IMG/VR virus record: IMGVR_UViG_3300010316_000005
Coordinates: 96,001-160,000 of that record
Source: a virus
DNA length: 64,000 nt
Strand: one strand, 5' to 3'
Positions 41,414 to 51,125 of this stretch are shown here, piece by piece. A model generated the notes under the pieces. The model ran no database searches, was not told where the DNA came from, and worked only from the letters and a program-made list of their open reading frames with translations. Both the position numbers and the translations under genes were made by a program. Each line of letters opens with the position of its first letter. Positions within the stretch are counted from its first letter, which is position 1.

Positions 41414-43054
41414 TTAGCTCGCAGGCGGACACTTAGATATTGTAGTACCGTCACTGAATACTACTTTCATAGGACCAGGAATATCAGGAACAATCTCTAC
41501 AACAATAATATTATTGATTTTATCAAACTCTTCGTTTACCCTATAATCACCTTTAGGTATCTTGGATTCTTTTTCTTCAATTTTAGCCTGTAGCTCATTA
41601 TTGAAAAATACAACAGCCTTGACACAAAAATCATTACCATTGAATGGCACTGGAGCAGGTGCTGTAGCAATTGGCTCGCCGCCTGTAAAGCTGTCATTGT
41701 TTGATGTAGTCGATGTTTTATCTTCTTCAAACTCAGCAGGTTCCCTTTCGTCAAAATCTTCAACTACTTCATGTTGGGGTGTTGTTTGATTCCTTGGATC
41801 ATTAGCATCAGGATTACTCGGTGGCGCTGCCTTGTTGATTGATTGCGGAAGTGGCTTGCTAGTCAATGTAGTTGCTCCAGAGCCGTCGGGCCTAGTGTTT
41901 CCAAATTCCGATATATAACTAACTGGAGTTGGTTGTTTAACTTCAACTTCTTCGATGCCGCCCGGTGTATTGACTTTCTTGTATTGCTTAGTTACTTGTT
42001 GAGGTCCTCCAGGAGTATTGACGGTTTGAGTCTTTTCATATACGCCATTTGGCAGACCATTTTTAGTACCAGGAGTATTATTGCTCGTAACTTGAGCCTT
42101 TTGATCATCTGTAAAGCCGACTGCTCCAATATCATCATCGGGCACCATGCCATTGCCGTTTTTAAGACCTAAGTTAGCGCCGGGTGCTGTTCCGTTAAGT
42201 AATAAGTCTCTAACTTTCTTGCCTGTTCTAAAATCATATCTATCGTCTAATGGATCAATTTCTTCGTACACATACGGAGTATCTGCTTGGGGCAAGATGC
42301 CTGCGTAATCTTGTTGTATTTGCTCAGTTGCACTTTGAAAATTTGTTCCGCCGGCTTGTATTCTCCGCTGGGCTGCGGCAGTGTAAGGAGAACCTAGTCC
42401 GTAGTTCTGTCCTCCACCAGCTCTAATTGTTGCTTGAGATTTAGGAGAAATGCCCTGTACTGGATACGGGCGTGCCGATACACCTAATGTAACTGTGTGT
42501 TGGGTTCTTTTTCCATTGCGTCGATATTGTCTTAACTGATCTGTATAGATCTCAGGAGAGCCTCTTGCTTTGTTAACCGCACCTTCATAATAACTTTGTC
42601 CAGTTTGGCCTTTGTTGCCTGGATAAGGCAACGGAATGCCTGCCCATACTTTACAAAGATTAAAATGAAACGTTTGATCAGGTGTCTTGTCAGGTCCTTG
42701 GCCGGCTGCTTGCCAAGTTCGCAGTCCTGCTCCTTCTAATAATTTAAGAGCAAGCAAGTCTTGGGTTACATCATTAAAAATAGTGTTCAGGCTCATGCCT
42801 GTTTTTTTAACAGTGCGCTGAAGAGTTTCGTATACAAATTGATATCTACCGACCGCTTGCCAAGATACGCCCTTTTCTTGAATTCTCTGTTGTTGATATT
42901 GATAGATCTGAGCAATAGTAAATTGTATTAACCTTGGCTCCCATCCTCCGTACACACTCATATACGGGCTTGGTGCGCCGTGGTGTTGTTCAGGTTTAGC
43001 AACTAATCTTAAAACTTCGTATTCTTGTTCGTATATTGTATATTGAACTGACAT
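41414..43054 (-). CDS. Tail-associated protein with N-terminal lysozyme-like domain and low-complexity C-terminus
   Basis: AVGRYQF..ETL...QDLLALKLL...WAGIP muramidase-like motif; lies between gp5 and gp25. Confidence 0.6.
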   Translation of the reverse strand: MSVQYTIYEQEYEVLRLVAKPEQHHGAPSPYMSVYGGWEPRLIQFTIAQIYQYQQQRIQEKGVSWQAVGRYQFVYETLQRTVKKTGMSLNTIFNDVTQDLLALKLLEGAGLRTWQAAGQGPDKTPDQTFHFNLCKVWAGIPLPYPGNKGQTGQSYYEGAVNKARGSPEIYTDQLRQYRRNGKRTQHTVTLGVSARPYPVQGISPKSQATIRAGGGQNYGLGSPYTAAAQRRIQAGGTNFQSATEQIQQDYAGILPQADTPYVYEEIDPLDDRYDFRTGKKVRDLLLNGTAPGANLGLKNGNGMVPDDDIGAVGFTDDQKAQVTSNNTPGTKNGLPNGVYEKTQTVNTPGGPQQVTKQYKKVNTPGGIEEVEVKQPTPVSYISEFGNTRPDGSGATTLTSKPLPQSINKAAPPSNPDANDPRNQTTPQHEVVEDFDEREPAEFEEDKTSTTSNNDSFTGGEPIATAPAPVPFNGNDFCVKAVVFFNNELQAKIEEKESKIPKGDYRVNEEFDKINNIIVVEIVPDIPGPMKVVFSDGTTISKCPPAS

Positions 43055-43055
43055 A

Positions 43056-45632
43056 TTAGCCGCCTTCCATGATCTGTCTTAGCCACGTAGGAGTACTTCT
43101 ATATCTAGCGTTTCTGCCTCCCCAAGTGTAAGCAGCACTTACGCCCGGTTGGCCTTTAGCAATATCAAGATGTATGCCTGTGTTGCCCATGTATCCGTTG
43201 CCTGCGCCAATTGCAGTAGCGCCTGCGGATCTAGCTGCTTGAACAAAGGTTTTAATAATGCCTAAGTGATTGCTGTTTGTTGTGTTTAGGCGCTGGCCGT
43301 CGTTATAAAGCCATACGTCAGCAGCATAACCATTATCGTGCCTACGACTGCCTGTTCTGCGCTTACCAGGAGGTGCTTCTTGACCGCCACTAAAGACAAC
43401 AACTTCAACTTTAGCTTTGTTAGCAGCAGCATCAAGTATTTGAAGTAGACCGTCTTGTATTGGTTTGTTGCGAGTTTGGCCGGAATAACCCTTCATATAA
43501 GTAACACTCGGAGTAGTCTTACCAGTAGCTGGTCCTGTTGGAATAGCTTCTTTTCCAAGACGCTCATATGCCCCTACGTTGTATCCTGTTTGACCGCTTG
43601 TTCCTGCTACCACAACGCTGCTCTGTAGTGCTGCTTTATTTTTCAAGAATGTGTCAGGTGTTAAGATTCTATCAGCATTTTTGAGTGCGCCGGGGCGTTC
43701 TCTGTCAGTAAATTCTGACTTAAACATAATAGGATCTAGGTTTTCGTGTTGCGCCCAAGGTTCGTGTTGCGGTGCTCTTGGAACAATCGTGTCATATTCG
43801 ATAGTAACTTTTTCACCCGGTAGTACATACTGACCAGTAAGTGGCGTTAGCTTGTATGTCTTGTCAGCTGGATCTGGATTCTGCGGACTATTCTGTGTCA
43901 AGAACGCGCTAGCGTCTTTTGCTTGATCTGCGATTGCAGCGGTTGCAGCACCTTCGTTAAGTCTAATATTCGGACCACCTTGTATTCTAATATCACTACT
44001 TGACAATATATCAATTTGTCCTTCGGATGTGATTTTAGTTGCACCTTTTGTGTTTACATCTAGGTTACCTTCGGTATATTTTAAATTGCCGGAGAATACA
44101 AATTCATTGTTGTTTCCTTCAACTCTTAACGAATTAGTACCGTTGACTCTTACGTTTTTATTTGCCTCAACTGAAGTATTAAAGTCGTTGCCGATTGTAA
44201 AGTTGGAATTATTTGATACCTGGGCAAAATAGTCTTCACATTGGTCTACCATAGTATGCTTGGCTTTTCTGTACCAGTTAATTCCAGCAGTTTCGTGTAC
44301 ACTATCTTCAGCTCTTTGATAAATGCTGCCTTTAGCATACAAATGCATATCGCCGGCAGTTTGTAAAATTAAGTCAGCGTCGATATCAAGTTTAACTGCG
44401 CCTTCTGTTATTTCAAAATGCGTGCTGTTCACTCCTGAACTTATTCTTGAACTCGACAACGCTTCGATTACTACTTGACCATTTCTGATTTCATCATCAA
44501 CCTCATTGTTATAATAATTCTTTTGATGATCAGGCCAGCGGCCATCTGCTCGCATATTAATGTTTCTGCCTGCTTCCATATTAATGTCGCGTTCAGCAGT
44601 TACGTTAAAGTCAGCGTTAGTCATTAAACTAATGCTGTCCTCGGCGTGAATATCAATCTTGCCATCCGACGATAATTCAATCCAAGCAGTTCCTCGACTG
44701 TTAGCAATATAGATTAAATCTTCTGAATTATGTAAAACAATCTGATGTCCTGTTCTAGTTCTAAAGCGCATTACTTCATTTTGCGGGATAGTTTCGTCGC
44801 CACCTTGATCGCCAATTTCTTTGTTAACATATAGCGGCGGGCCATCTGCCGGGTGAGTTGCTCTGACAAATTTGTCATCGCCGTCATCCATTACAAAGCT
44901 ACTTCCGCCTAATCTGTTAAATGGTACATCAGCTTGTTCGTCGGCATGGCCGTACTTTGTCGTAGGGCGGCCCTTACGTTTATCCATCGGACCTGGCGTT
45001 GATATACCAAATACCATACTTGGTACTTCACGTCTTGCACTCGAGGTTGTTGTTCCTCGAGCCTCATCAAAAATTAAACCTTGTACTTCTAAGATTTCTG
45101 TAAAGTCTTTGTTATACGGCTTTGGATAAAGTGTAGGATCAACTGCTTGACCTTGTTCAATAGTTTTGTTATATTCACCAACAGGCACCTTTAATCCTTT
45201 TAGATTTTGTGGCGTTGATTCCGTTGTATTAGCAGTACTTGCTCTAGGATCAGGCATAGTAAAGTTCATACCTGTTTCAGGTATGCACCCGATCCAATAT
45301 CCATAGGCGCTGTGTCCTTCAGCAAAAATAACAAGTACCCTTGCTCCCGGATCCGGAGGAATCATCCACATACCGTAACTTTTTTGTGTGCTTTGGAAAT
45401 CGTCATTTGGTGTTAGCCCCTTAAACGGTGTTACTCCGTAAAATGGCGACAAATATCTCACTGTTAGCAGTTGGCCTGATCTCTCTGGAACACCACTAGT
45501 GCCGTTTACTCTTAGTAATTCAACTTCTAACGTTCCCATACCAAACGGATCAAGATGACTCACTACTATAGCTTCATAAGGACCAGTGTCCTTGATTTGT
45601 CCGTCTTTAACTGGAAATCTTACGTATTGCAT
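43056..45632 (-). CDS. Baseplate hub / spike protein, gp5(VgrG)-like, with C-terminal M15-like peptidase
   Basis: OB-fold GMWMIPPDPGARVLVIF..WIG, RTRTGHQI, beta-helix repeats, C-terminal SRRHDNGYAADV...GIHLD. Confidence 0.82.
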   Translation of the reverse strand: MQYVRFPVKDGQIKDTGPYEAIVVSHLDPFGMGTLEVELLRVNGTSGVPERSGQLLTVRYLSPFYGVTPFKGLTPNDDFQSTQKSYGMWMIPPDPGARVLVIFAEGHSAYGYWIGCIPETGMNFTMPDPRASTANTTESTPQNLKGLKVPVGEYNKTIEQGQAVDPTLYPKPYNKDFTEILEVQGLIFDEARGTTTSSARREVPSMVFGISTPGPMDKRKGRPTTKYGHADEQADVPFNRLGGSSFVMDDGDDKFVRATHPADGPPLYVNKEIGDQGGDETIPQNEVMRFRTRTGHQIVLHNSEDLIYIANSRGTAWIELSSDGKIDIHAEDSISLMTNADFNVTAERDINMEAGRNINMRADGRWPDHQKNYYNNEVDDEIRNGQVVIEALSSSRISSGVNSTHFEITEGAVKLDIDADLILQTAGDMHLYAKGSIYQRAEDSVHETAGINWYRKAKHTMVDQCEDYFAQVSNNSNFTIGNDFNTSVEANKNVRVNGTNSLRVEGNNNEFVFSGNLKYTEGNLDVNTKGATKITSEGQIDILSSSDIRIQGGPNIRLNEGAATAAIADQAKDASAFLTQNSPQNPDPADKTYKLTPLTGQYVLPGEKVTIEYDTIVPRAPQHEPWAQHENLDPIMFKSEFTDRERPGALKNADRILTPDTFLKNKAALQSSVVVAGTSGQTGYNVGAYERLGKEAIPTGPATGKTTPSVTYMKGYSGQTRNKPIQDGLLQILDAAANKAKVEVVVFSGGQEAPPGKRRTGSRRHDNGYAADVWLYNDGQRLNTTNSNHLGIIKTFVQAARSAGATAIGAGNGYMGNTGIHLDIAKGQPGVSAAYTWGGRNARYRSTPTWLRQIMEGG

Positions 45633-45660
45633 TATACACCTTTACTTTTAATTATTTGAT

Positions 45661-48600
45661 TTAGAACGGTCCAGTGCTGCTTCCTGGCCGCCTTACTGGT
45701 GGGCGATTTCCTGTTACTATACTACCGTCAGTAAGTATAACAGACTGTACTCCATTATTTTCAAAGCTACCAGTCTGCAGAAGTTGTCCTTGAGCTAAGC
45801 CTGGATCAACTTGCGCGTTGCCAAAACCTACTCCGGAATTATTTGAAAAAGCATTATCTACATCTGATTGAGTAACTACCATATTAGGATTGATAGTGTT
45901 TGTATCAGATGCCAAGCCCCGGCCTTTTGCTGAAATTCCTGAGTTTCCAGTAGTACCTGTTCTGTCATCAAAATTCTTTCTAATTAGCTTTAATTCTTGC
46001 GTAAATTTACCACCACTAAATTTGTTTGTTGCTGCCCAGATATGATATATTCCATGGAACGGTCTTGATAGTTCTGGAAAATCCATTACAAAACCGTTAA
46101 CAGGATAATCTAGCGGAGTTTTGAAATTAATATTACACCAGATTTCTTCTCTTACACTAGGCATACCTAATTCGCTGTTTATCAGTTTTGAACGCTGTGG
46201 TGCAGCATAGTTTCCAAGGTCAGTTGGAAGGTAATAAGGATCTCCCCAAATTTCCATATTAGCAGTAATCATATCAACTGGCGAATTAACAATAGCGTTA
46301 TGCACATATTCTGTAATTTCCATCTTTGCACTCGTTGTTAGATCTCGTCGCTTTCCGCCTAATGTAAAGAACTCGTGCCTAGGAGTAAATCCTAGAAATT
46401 TAGCACCTTCTAAATCGTTAGTAGCAGACGCTCCTGATTGCTTTGAAGGATTCTTTTCGGCAGAAGGACTGTCAGTAGTTTTTGCTGTTTGGCCGGATAA
46501 ATCTGTACGGCTATTTCCAATGTCGCCCTTTACTGCTTGAAAGTAAGCGAAATTAAAATTGATGTCAAAGTTAAGAACATCTTCGTTTTTTCCGGTATAA
46601 TAGTAGTTGTACTCCTTTGCCGCTTGTTCCTTAAACAATGCTGCACTATTTCCTACTTCTCCTGTTCCTGCTATCTTAGCTTCGTCATAATAATACGGAT
46701 GAACTGCATAAACGTAAACTCTTGGATGTCTGCCAAATTCTCTTTCAGCAGCATTATTTTTTTCTGTAAACACAGATGTTTCAATTCTAAAGTACAGTTT
46801 GCGGCCGTCACCATTATCCTCGTCGGGTGCGTCTCTAATTACCTTGGCGTTTTTAACTGTTTCTGTAATAAGGTCAGTAATTGCAGTATCGGCGTGAAAT
46901 TTTACACTTCTTGCTTGAGTAGTATTTGCTGGTTCTTGACTTCTATCGTAGAGTTGCTTTTCTATTGACCAAACTGCTAGCGGTCTATTAGCGTTAGCAT
47001 CAGTGCCGTCTGCAATATCAGAAACAAATTCACTTTCGCCAATTTCATTAACGTTATCAAACGCCCATGATCTTAAAAATTTATACATTCCGTTAATTGG
47101 TGCGCCTGGGCCCCCAAAAGCATCAAGCTGTTGTGCTTCGGAGACTTGTATGCCCCGGTTCACCCCAAGAGCCACGCCGCCTGCTATATTTTCTGTTAAT
47201 TCTGTTGTAGATCCCGATATTCTATTTTTAACTGCTTGATGTAAACTATCGTGATTAGGAGGGAAGCAGATTAAAAATCTGTCAAACTCACTAGCAACGA
47301 TTTCATTCTTTTCTGCTTGTTCCATTAATGCGTTTAAGCTATTAGTTACTGAATTATCAGCCGTTAGCAATAGTTCATGCGGGCTTTTGCCTGAAGTTTC
47401 AAGTGTAGTCAGAGTCTTGTTAACTCGGTCCTCGGTTGCTAAGTCACTTGTAACCACTGCTTCTACATCGTAAGTACATCCTGCTCCAGTAACTTGGAAT
47501 TGCATATTAGTAATAGCCATAGGTATATATCTAGGAACAGCAAAGTCATTTCTAATTTCGGCGCCGTATTCGTCCCATCCAATAAATCCAATTCTCAAAC
47601 AATAATAAGCTTTGAGGTGATTTTGATATCCTGCTTGGGCTGCTCCCGCGACCATCGTTTCTAAGAACTTTCCCATACTATAAGGTTCAGTTACCTTAAA
47701 GCTTATAGTTGTACCAAGTGCTAAACCTGTGTTTGGATTAGGGGCTAGAACGCTATCAATTTCTAAATCGTCAATAAAATATTCCAAGTACTCTGGCGGA
47801 GATTCTTCTGAAATAGTTACTTTATTTTCGTATTCGCCGCCGCCGCTTTTTAACAAGTTGTACTTAAATGTGCCTCTTCCTCTGTACAAGGAAGGGTCGT
47901 TCATTTCAGCATGATCAAGTACACCCATAGTTACAATATAGTTGTAGGTGTTATAATCTCGTAAAACATTTTTAAGTTTTGTTGATCCATTAAACCCTGT
48001 TGTTGCCACGGCCGCAGGTACTGCTGATGCGTTTGACGCACTGTTTAGATTTGACTGAAATGCAGCCGAGGTATTGTCAATATAGTTAAACAATCCGCCT
48101 ACTGAATTGCCTACTAGATTGTTTAAGTTTCCAGGAGTAATATTCAAATTTTGGGAGAAGTCATTGACTGTATTAAAAATACTACTAATGGGTCCTAGCA
48201 AGCTGTTTAATCCACTTTGCACTAAATTATTAAGAGTATTATTCAGCGCACTTGTTAGTTGCTGAGGATTTGACAATAGATTAGACACCGAATCAACTGT
48301 GCTTACTACATTGTTAACCTTGCTTGTAATACCTGTAATATTTTGATTCACTGAACTTTGAATGTTGTTAAACCCACTAGTTAGATTTCCGGCTGCTTTT
48401 TGGAATACCGGAATATTTGTGTTTAGTAAGCTTTGGTTAATATTACCTACTGCACCATTTAGTGTAGATGAAACTGCACTAGTGACTCCAGTAATATTGT
48501 TTATTGCACTTTGCGCTTGATTAGAAAAGCTATTTAATTGTCCGCCAATTTTAGGCAATCCTGCTGATAACGAACTACCAATAGAATCTGACAAATTACC

Positions 48601-48957
48601 TGTGTTAACAGTAATACTTGCTACTTCGCCGAGTATGTTTTGAACTCGACCAAGTGAATCTACTATTTGTTTATTGTTAGTTAATAACTGGTTCGAAAAG
48701 TTATTAACAACCTTGTCAACTTCGCCGGTAATACTAGATGTAAAATTGTTAATATTACTTAATGGTCCAGCAATTGAGCTATCGATGGTATTAGCAATCT
48801 TAGCAATGTCGCCGCCGAAATTATTTAAATTCGGAATACTTGAATTTAAATTGCGCACTGCAGAATTAAGATTTGAGTTAACTGTTGTAAAGTTTGAACT
48901 AACTGACTTTAAGCTGCTACTAAAATTTGAACCAATACTACTTAAATTAAATGCCAT
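45661..48957 (-). CDS. Baseplate hub / tail protein (gp27-like by position) with Ser/Asn-rich N-terminus
   Basis: NVLRDYNTYNY, ISFKVTEPYS, KEYNYYYTGKN, MEIWGDPYYL, G.Y...F..GKFTQ.L. Confidence 0.65.
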   Translation of the reverse strand: MAFNLSSIGSNFSSSLKSVSSNFTTVNSNLNSAVRNLNSSIPNLNNFGGDIAKIANTIDSSIAGPLSNINNFTSSITGEVDKVVNNFSNQLLTNNKQIVDSLGRVQNILGEVASITVNTGNLSDSIGSSLSAGLPKIGGQLNSFSNQAQSAINNITGVTSAVSSTLNGAVGNINQSLLNTNIPVFQKAAGNLTSGFNNIQSSVNQNITGITSKVNNVVSTVDSVSNLLSNPQQLTSALNNTLNNLVQSGLNSLLGPISSIFNTVNDFSQNLNITPGNLNNLVGNSVGGLFNYIDNTSAAFQSNLNSASNASAVPAAVATTGFNGSTKLKNVLRDYNTYNYIVTMGVLDHAEMNDPSLYRGRGTFKYNLLKSGGGEYENKVTISEESPPEYLEYFIDDLEIDSVLAPNPNTGLALGTTISFKVTEPYSMGKFLETMVAGAAQAGYQNHLKAYYCLRIGFIGWDEYGAEIRNDFAVPRYIPMAITNMQFQVTGAGCTYDVEAVVTSDLATEDRVNKTLTTLETSGKSPHELLLTADNSVTNSLNALMEQAEKNEIVASEFDRFLICFPPNHDSLHQAVKNRISGSTTELTENIAGGVALGVNRGIQVSEAQQLDAFGGPGAPINGMYKFLRSWAFDNVNEIGESEFVSDIADGTDANANRPLAVWSIEKQLYDRSQEPANTTQARSVKFHADTAITDLITETVKNAKVIRDAPDEDNGDGRKLYFRIETSVFTEKNNAAEREFGRHPRVYVYAVHPYYYDEAKIAGTGEVGNSAALFKEQAAKEYNYYYTGKNEDVLNFDINFNFAYFQAVKGDIGNSRTDLSGQTAKTTDSPSAEKNPSKQSGASATNDLEGAKFLGFTPRHEFFTLGGKRRDLTTSAKMEITEYVHNAIVNSPVDMITANMEIWGDPYYLPTDLGNYAAPQRSKLINSELGMPSVREEIWCNINFKTPLDYPVNGFVMDFPELSRPFHGIYHIWAATNKFSGGKFTQELKLIRKNFDDRTGTTGNSGISAKGRGLASDTNTINPNMVVTQSDVDNAFSNNSGVGFGNAQVDPGLAQGQLLQTGSFENNGVQSVILTDGSIVTGNRPPVRRPGSSTGPF

Positions 48958-49251
48958 TTATAGTCCTAAGCTTTGTTTTAAGTTTTGTTCTTGTGGTAGA
49001 TATATTTGCGTCCCTGCTGTGAAATCAAATACAGGATCTTTAATTGTATCTGGATTTCTCTGAGCAAATACCCACCAAAGATTCTTTGTTCCGTATAAGT
49101 CAAATGCTAGCAAGTCTGGTCGATAAGTGTACGCTGTCGTAACAGTGTATAATATATCATCCTTTGCTGCTGGCACAGAAACAACCTTCAATATATCTAA
49201 ATATCCCGACTGCGTAATGTCAGTTTTTGAATATGGGCTAAATGATTTCAT
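48958..49251 (-). CDS. Baseplate wedge protein, gp53/LysM-like
   Basis: YRPDLLAFDLYG..LWWVFA.RN...IYLP. Confidence 0.8.
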   Translation of the reverse strand: MKSFSPYSKTDITQSGYLDILKVVSVPAAKDDILYTVTTAYTYRPDLLAFDLYGTKNLWWVFAQRNPDTIKDPVFDFTAGTQIYLPQEQNLKQSLGL

Positions 49252-50147
49252 TAACTAAATCCCTCTGGTCCGTTAACAAATGCTCCATCTGCAAAGTCTT
49301 TCAAACTAAATTGAGAATGACTGCGGCGGGCATAGTTTGGTGTACAAGTTACTGATATTGTGCTGTGTGTTGGCACGTAATTTGGCTCTTCGCCGTTGAC
49401 TATTGTACAAGGCACATAGTCAACGTTACTTTGTAAGTCAACTGTAAAGTTGGTAATAAGAACCGGAATATTGTTTAACACATACTTTCCGTATCCGTTC
49501 AATCTCGACAGCGGAGGTGGTGCTCCAACGTTAGATCCATTGCCATAAAACATCTTCGTAATTGTTCTTAAGAAGTGAATACTAGCAATCCAATATCTTG
49601 CATCAGAGTCGTTCTCAACATAAAAGTCGCCGGTGATTGTAATATCATCAACTTGGCTGTTTTGATAAGCATGAAATGGATAGTTTGTATGCGTTACTGC
49701 AATGCTATCATAATTTGCTCGCTGACTTAACAGTACAACAGGGTTAAACGGAAATACCATTCTGCCCCCTGTTTGTGTTACCAACGGATCAAGTACATAT
49801 CCGCCGGATATTTGATCTGGAACTTTTAAGCTAACTCGCCAATCGCCTTCAGCAGCATCAGCAATGGCATTACCGTTTCTAACACTTGCAATTATCTGAT
49901 CAGGTCTTGCTGGGTTTGCTCCAGCATTAACACCTTGCAAGGCGTTTTGTGACATCCTAGATGCAGTACCTAGATTCTTTAATCCGTCTCTAGTACCTGA
50001 AATAATGTTGTCAATTGCTGCCGTTGCGGATCGTGCGTTGGTAATTGCCCTAATAGGCGTAGAAGACACAAAGGCATCTAATGCCCGTGCTCCTGCTTGT
50101 ATCCCTGTGCTAAAATTTGTAATAGCACCAATAATATTAATAGCCAA
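49251..50147 (-). CDS. Baseplate / tail-tube initiator protein (gp48/gp54-like)
   Basis: MVFPFNP, HTNY..HAY.NS, GAPPP..LNGYG, VP..S.ISV; GGAG RBS with TTG start; TAAATA at 50173-50168. Confidence 0.6.
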   Translation of the reverse strand: MAINIIGAITNFSTGIQAGARALDAFVSSTPIRAITNARSATAAIDNIISGTRDGLKNLGTASRMSQNALQGVNAGANPARPDQIIASVRNGNAIADAAEGDWRVSLKVPDQISGGYVLDPLVTQTGGRMVFPFNPVVLLSQRANYDSIAVTHTNYPFHAYQNSQVDDITITGDFYVENDSDARYWIASIHFLRTITKMFYGNGSNVGAPPPLSRLNGYGKYVLNNIPVLITNFTVDLQSNVDYVPCTIVNGEEPNYVPTHSTISVTCTPNYARRSHSQFSLKDFADGAFVNGPEGFS

Positions 50148-50174
50148 TTTTTCATTCTCCTACTACGTATTTAG

Positions 50175-50203
50175 TTGACAAAATTAAATACATACATTAT
50201 AAT
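50175..50203 (+). promoter_or_regulatory. Consensus sigma70 promoter (TTGACA-17-TATAAT) for gp55
   Basis: TTGACA at 50175-80 and TATAAT at 50198-203. Confidence 0.85.
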
Positions 50204-50225
50204 AAAGTAATGATCGGAGAATCAA

Positions 50226-51077
50226 TTGAGAAAGAAAAAATATCTTAATAACAAGGACTTGCTAGCAGAAATTCATAAATCAAAGGATTCGTACAACTCG
50301 TACACAGAACCTGATTATGCCAATTTTGACATCATATTACTTGACGTTGACAAGATTAACATTAGGACTATTGCTGAAGCAAAGCGCAATAAAGCCAAGC
50401 TTCAAAGTAGCGCGGAATATGAGAGACGCAAGCTACTAGGTGAAAAAGTAAAACAAGCAGAATGCGAGGTTGACTACAAATCTATTACCAAAGAAGAAAT
50501 TATTTTTCGAGTAATGACGTTTGATCACATACCTGAAGAACCAGGTCGCAAGAAGAACCCAAAGACAGTTGCTGACACAAAGACCAAGCTAAACTTTCCA
50601 CCGTTTCATCACTATAAATTCAACGACGACGGTGAGTTGATATGCGTCGGAAAAAGTCATTGGGTCGGCGGTATGGAGAACGGACACTTCTCGAAAGACC
50701 ACGGCAAAGCAACGAACAGTTTAGCTATGATGTGGATGAAGCTTGTGGACAGATATGCCACTCGAGGCAATGTTAGAGGTTACACTTACAACGATGAAAT
50801 GAAGGGGCAAGCCATACTTCAGCTATCGCAAATTGGCCTTCAGTTCGACGAATCAAAATCTAATAATCCGTTTGCTTATTATACCGCTGCGGTAACAAAC
50901 AGTTTTGTAAGAGTAATCAACTTAGAGAAAAGAAATCAAAATATCAGAGATGACATTCTTGAGATGAATGATCTCAAGCCTAGCTACACTCGACTACATG
51001 CCGGAGAGTGGGATGCAGCCATTAGACGCAATGAAGAAGCTGCGCCTACTGGAGTGTCAGGCAAAAAAACTAGTTGA
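50226..51077 (+). CDS. gp55: Late-transcription sigma factor, T4 gp55-like
   Basis: YLNNKDLL, N.RGYTYNDEM, FDESKSNNPFAYYT, F.R.I..EK. Confidence 0.88.
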   Translation: MRKKKYLNNKDLLAEIHKSKDSYNSYTEPDYANFDIILLDVDKINIRTIAEAKRNKAKLQSSAEYERRKLLGEKVKQAECEVDYKSITKEEIIFRVMTFDHIPEEPGRKKNPKTVADTKTKLNFPPFHHYKFNDDGELICVGKSHWVGGMENGHFSKDHGKATNSLAMMWMKLVDRYATRGNVRGYTYNDEMKGQAILQLSQIGLQFDESKSNNPFAYYTAAVTNSFVRVINLEKRNQNIRDDILEMNDLKPSYTRLHAGEWDAAIRRNEEAAPTGVSGKKTS

Positions 51078-51102
51078 CAAAAGTCTTTTATTATCATATA
51101 CT
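51074..51102 (+). promoter_or_regulatory. Sigma70-type promoter (TTGACA-17-TATACT) for gp47/gp46
   Basis: TTGACA at 51074-79 and TATACT at 51097-102. Confidence 0.8.
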
Positions 51103-51125
51103 TAGTGTATATAAGGAATAAAATT

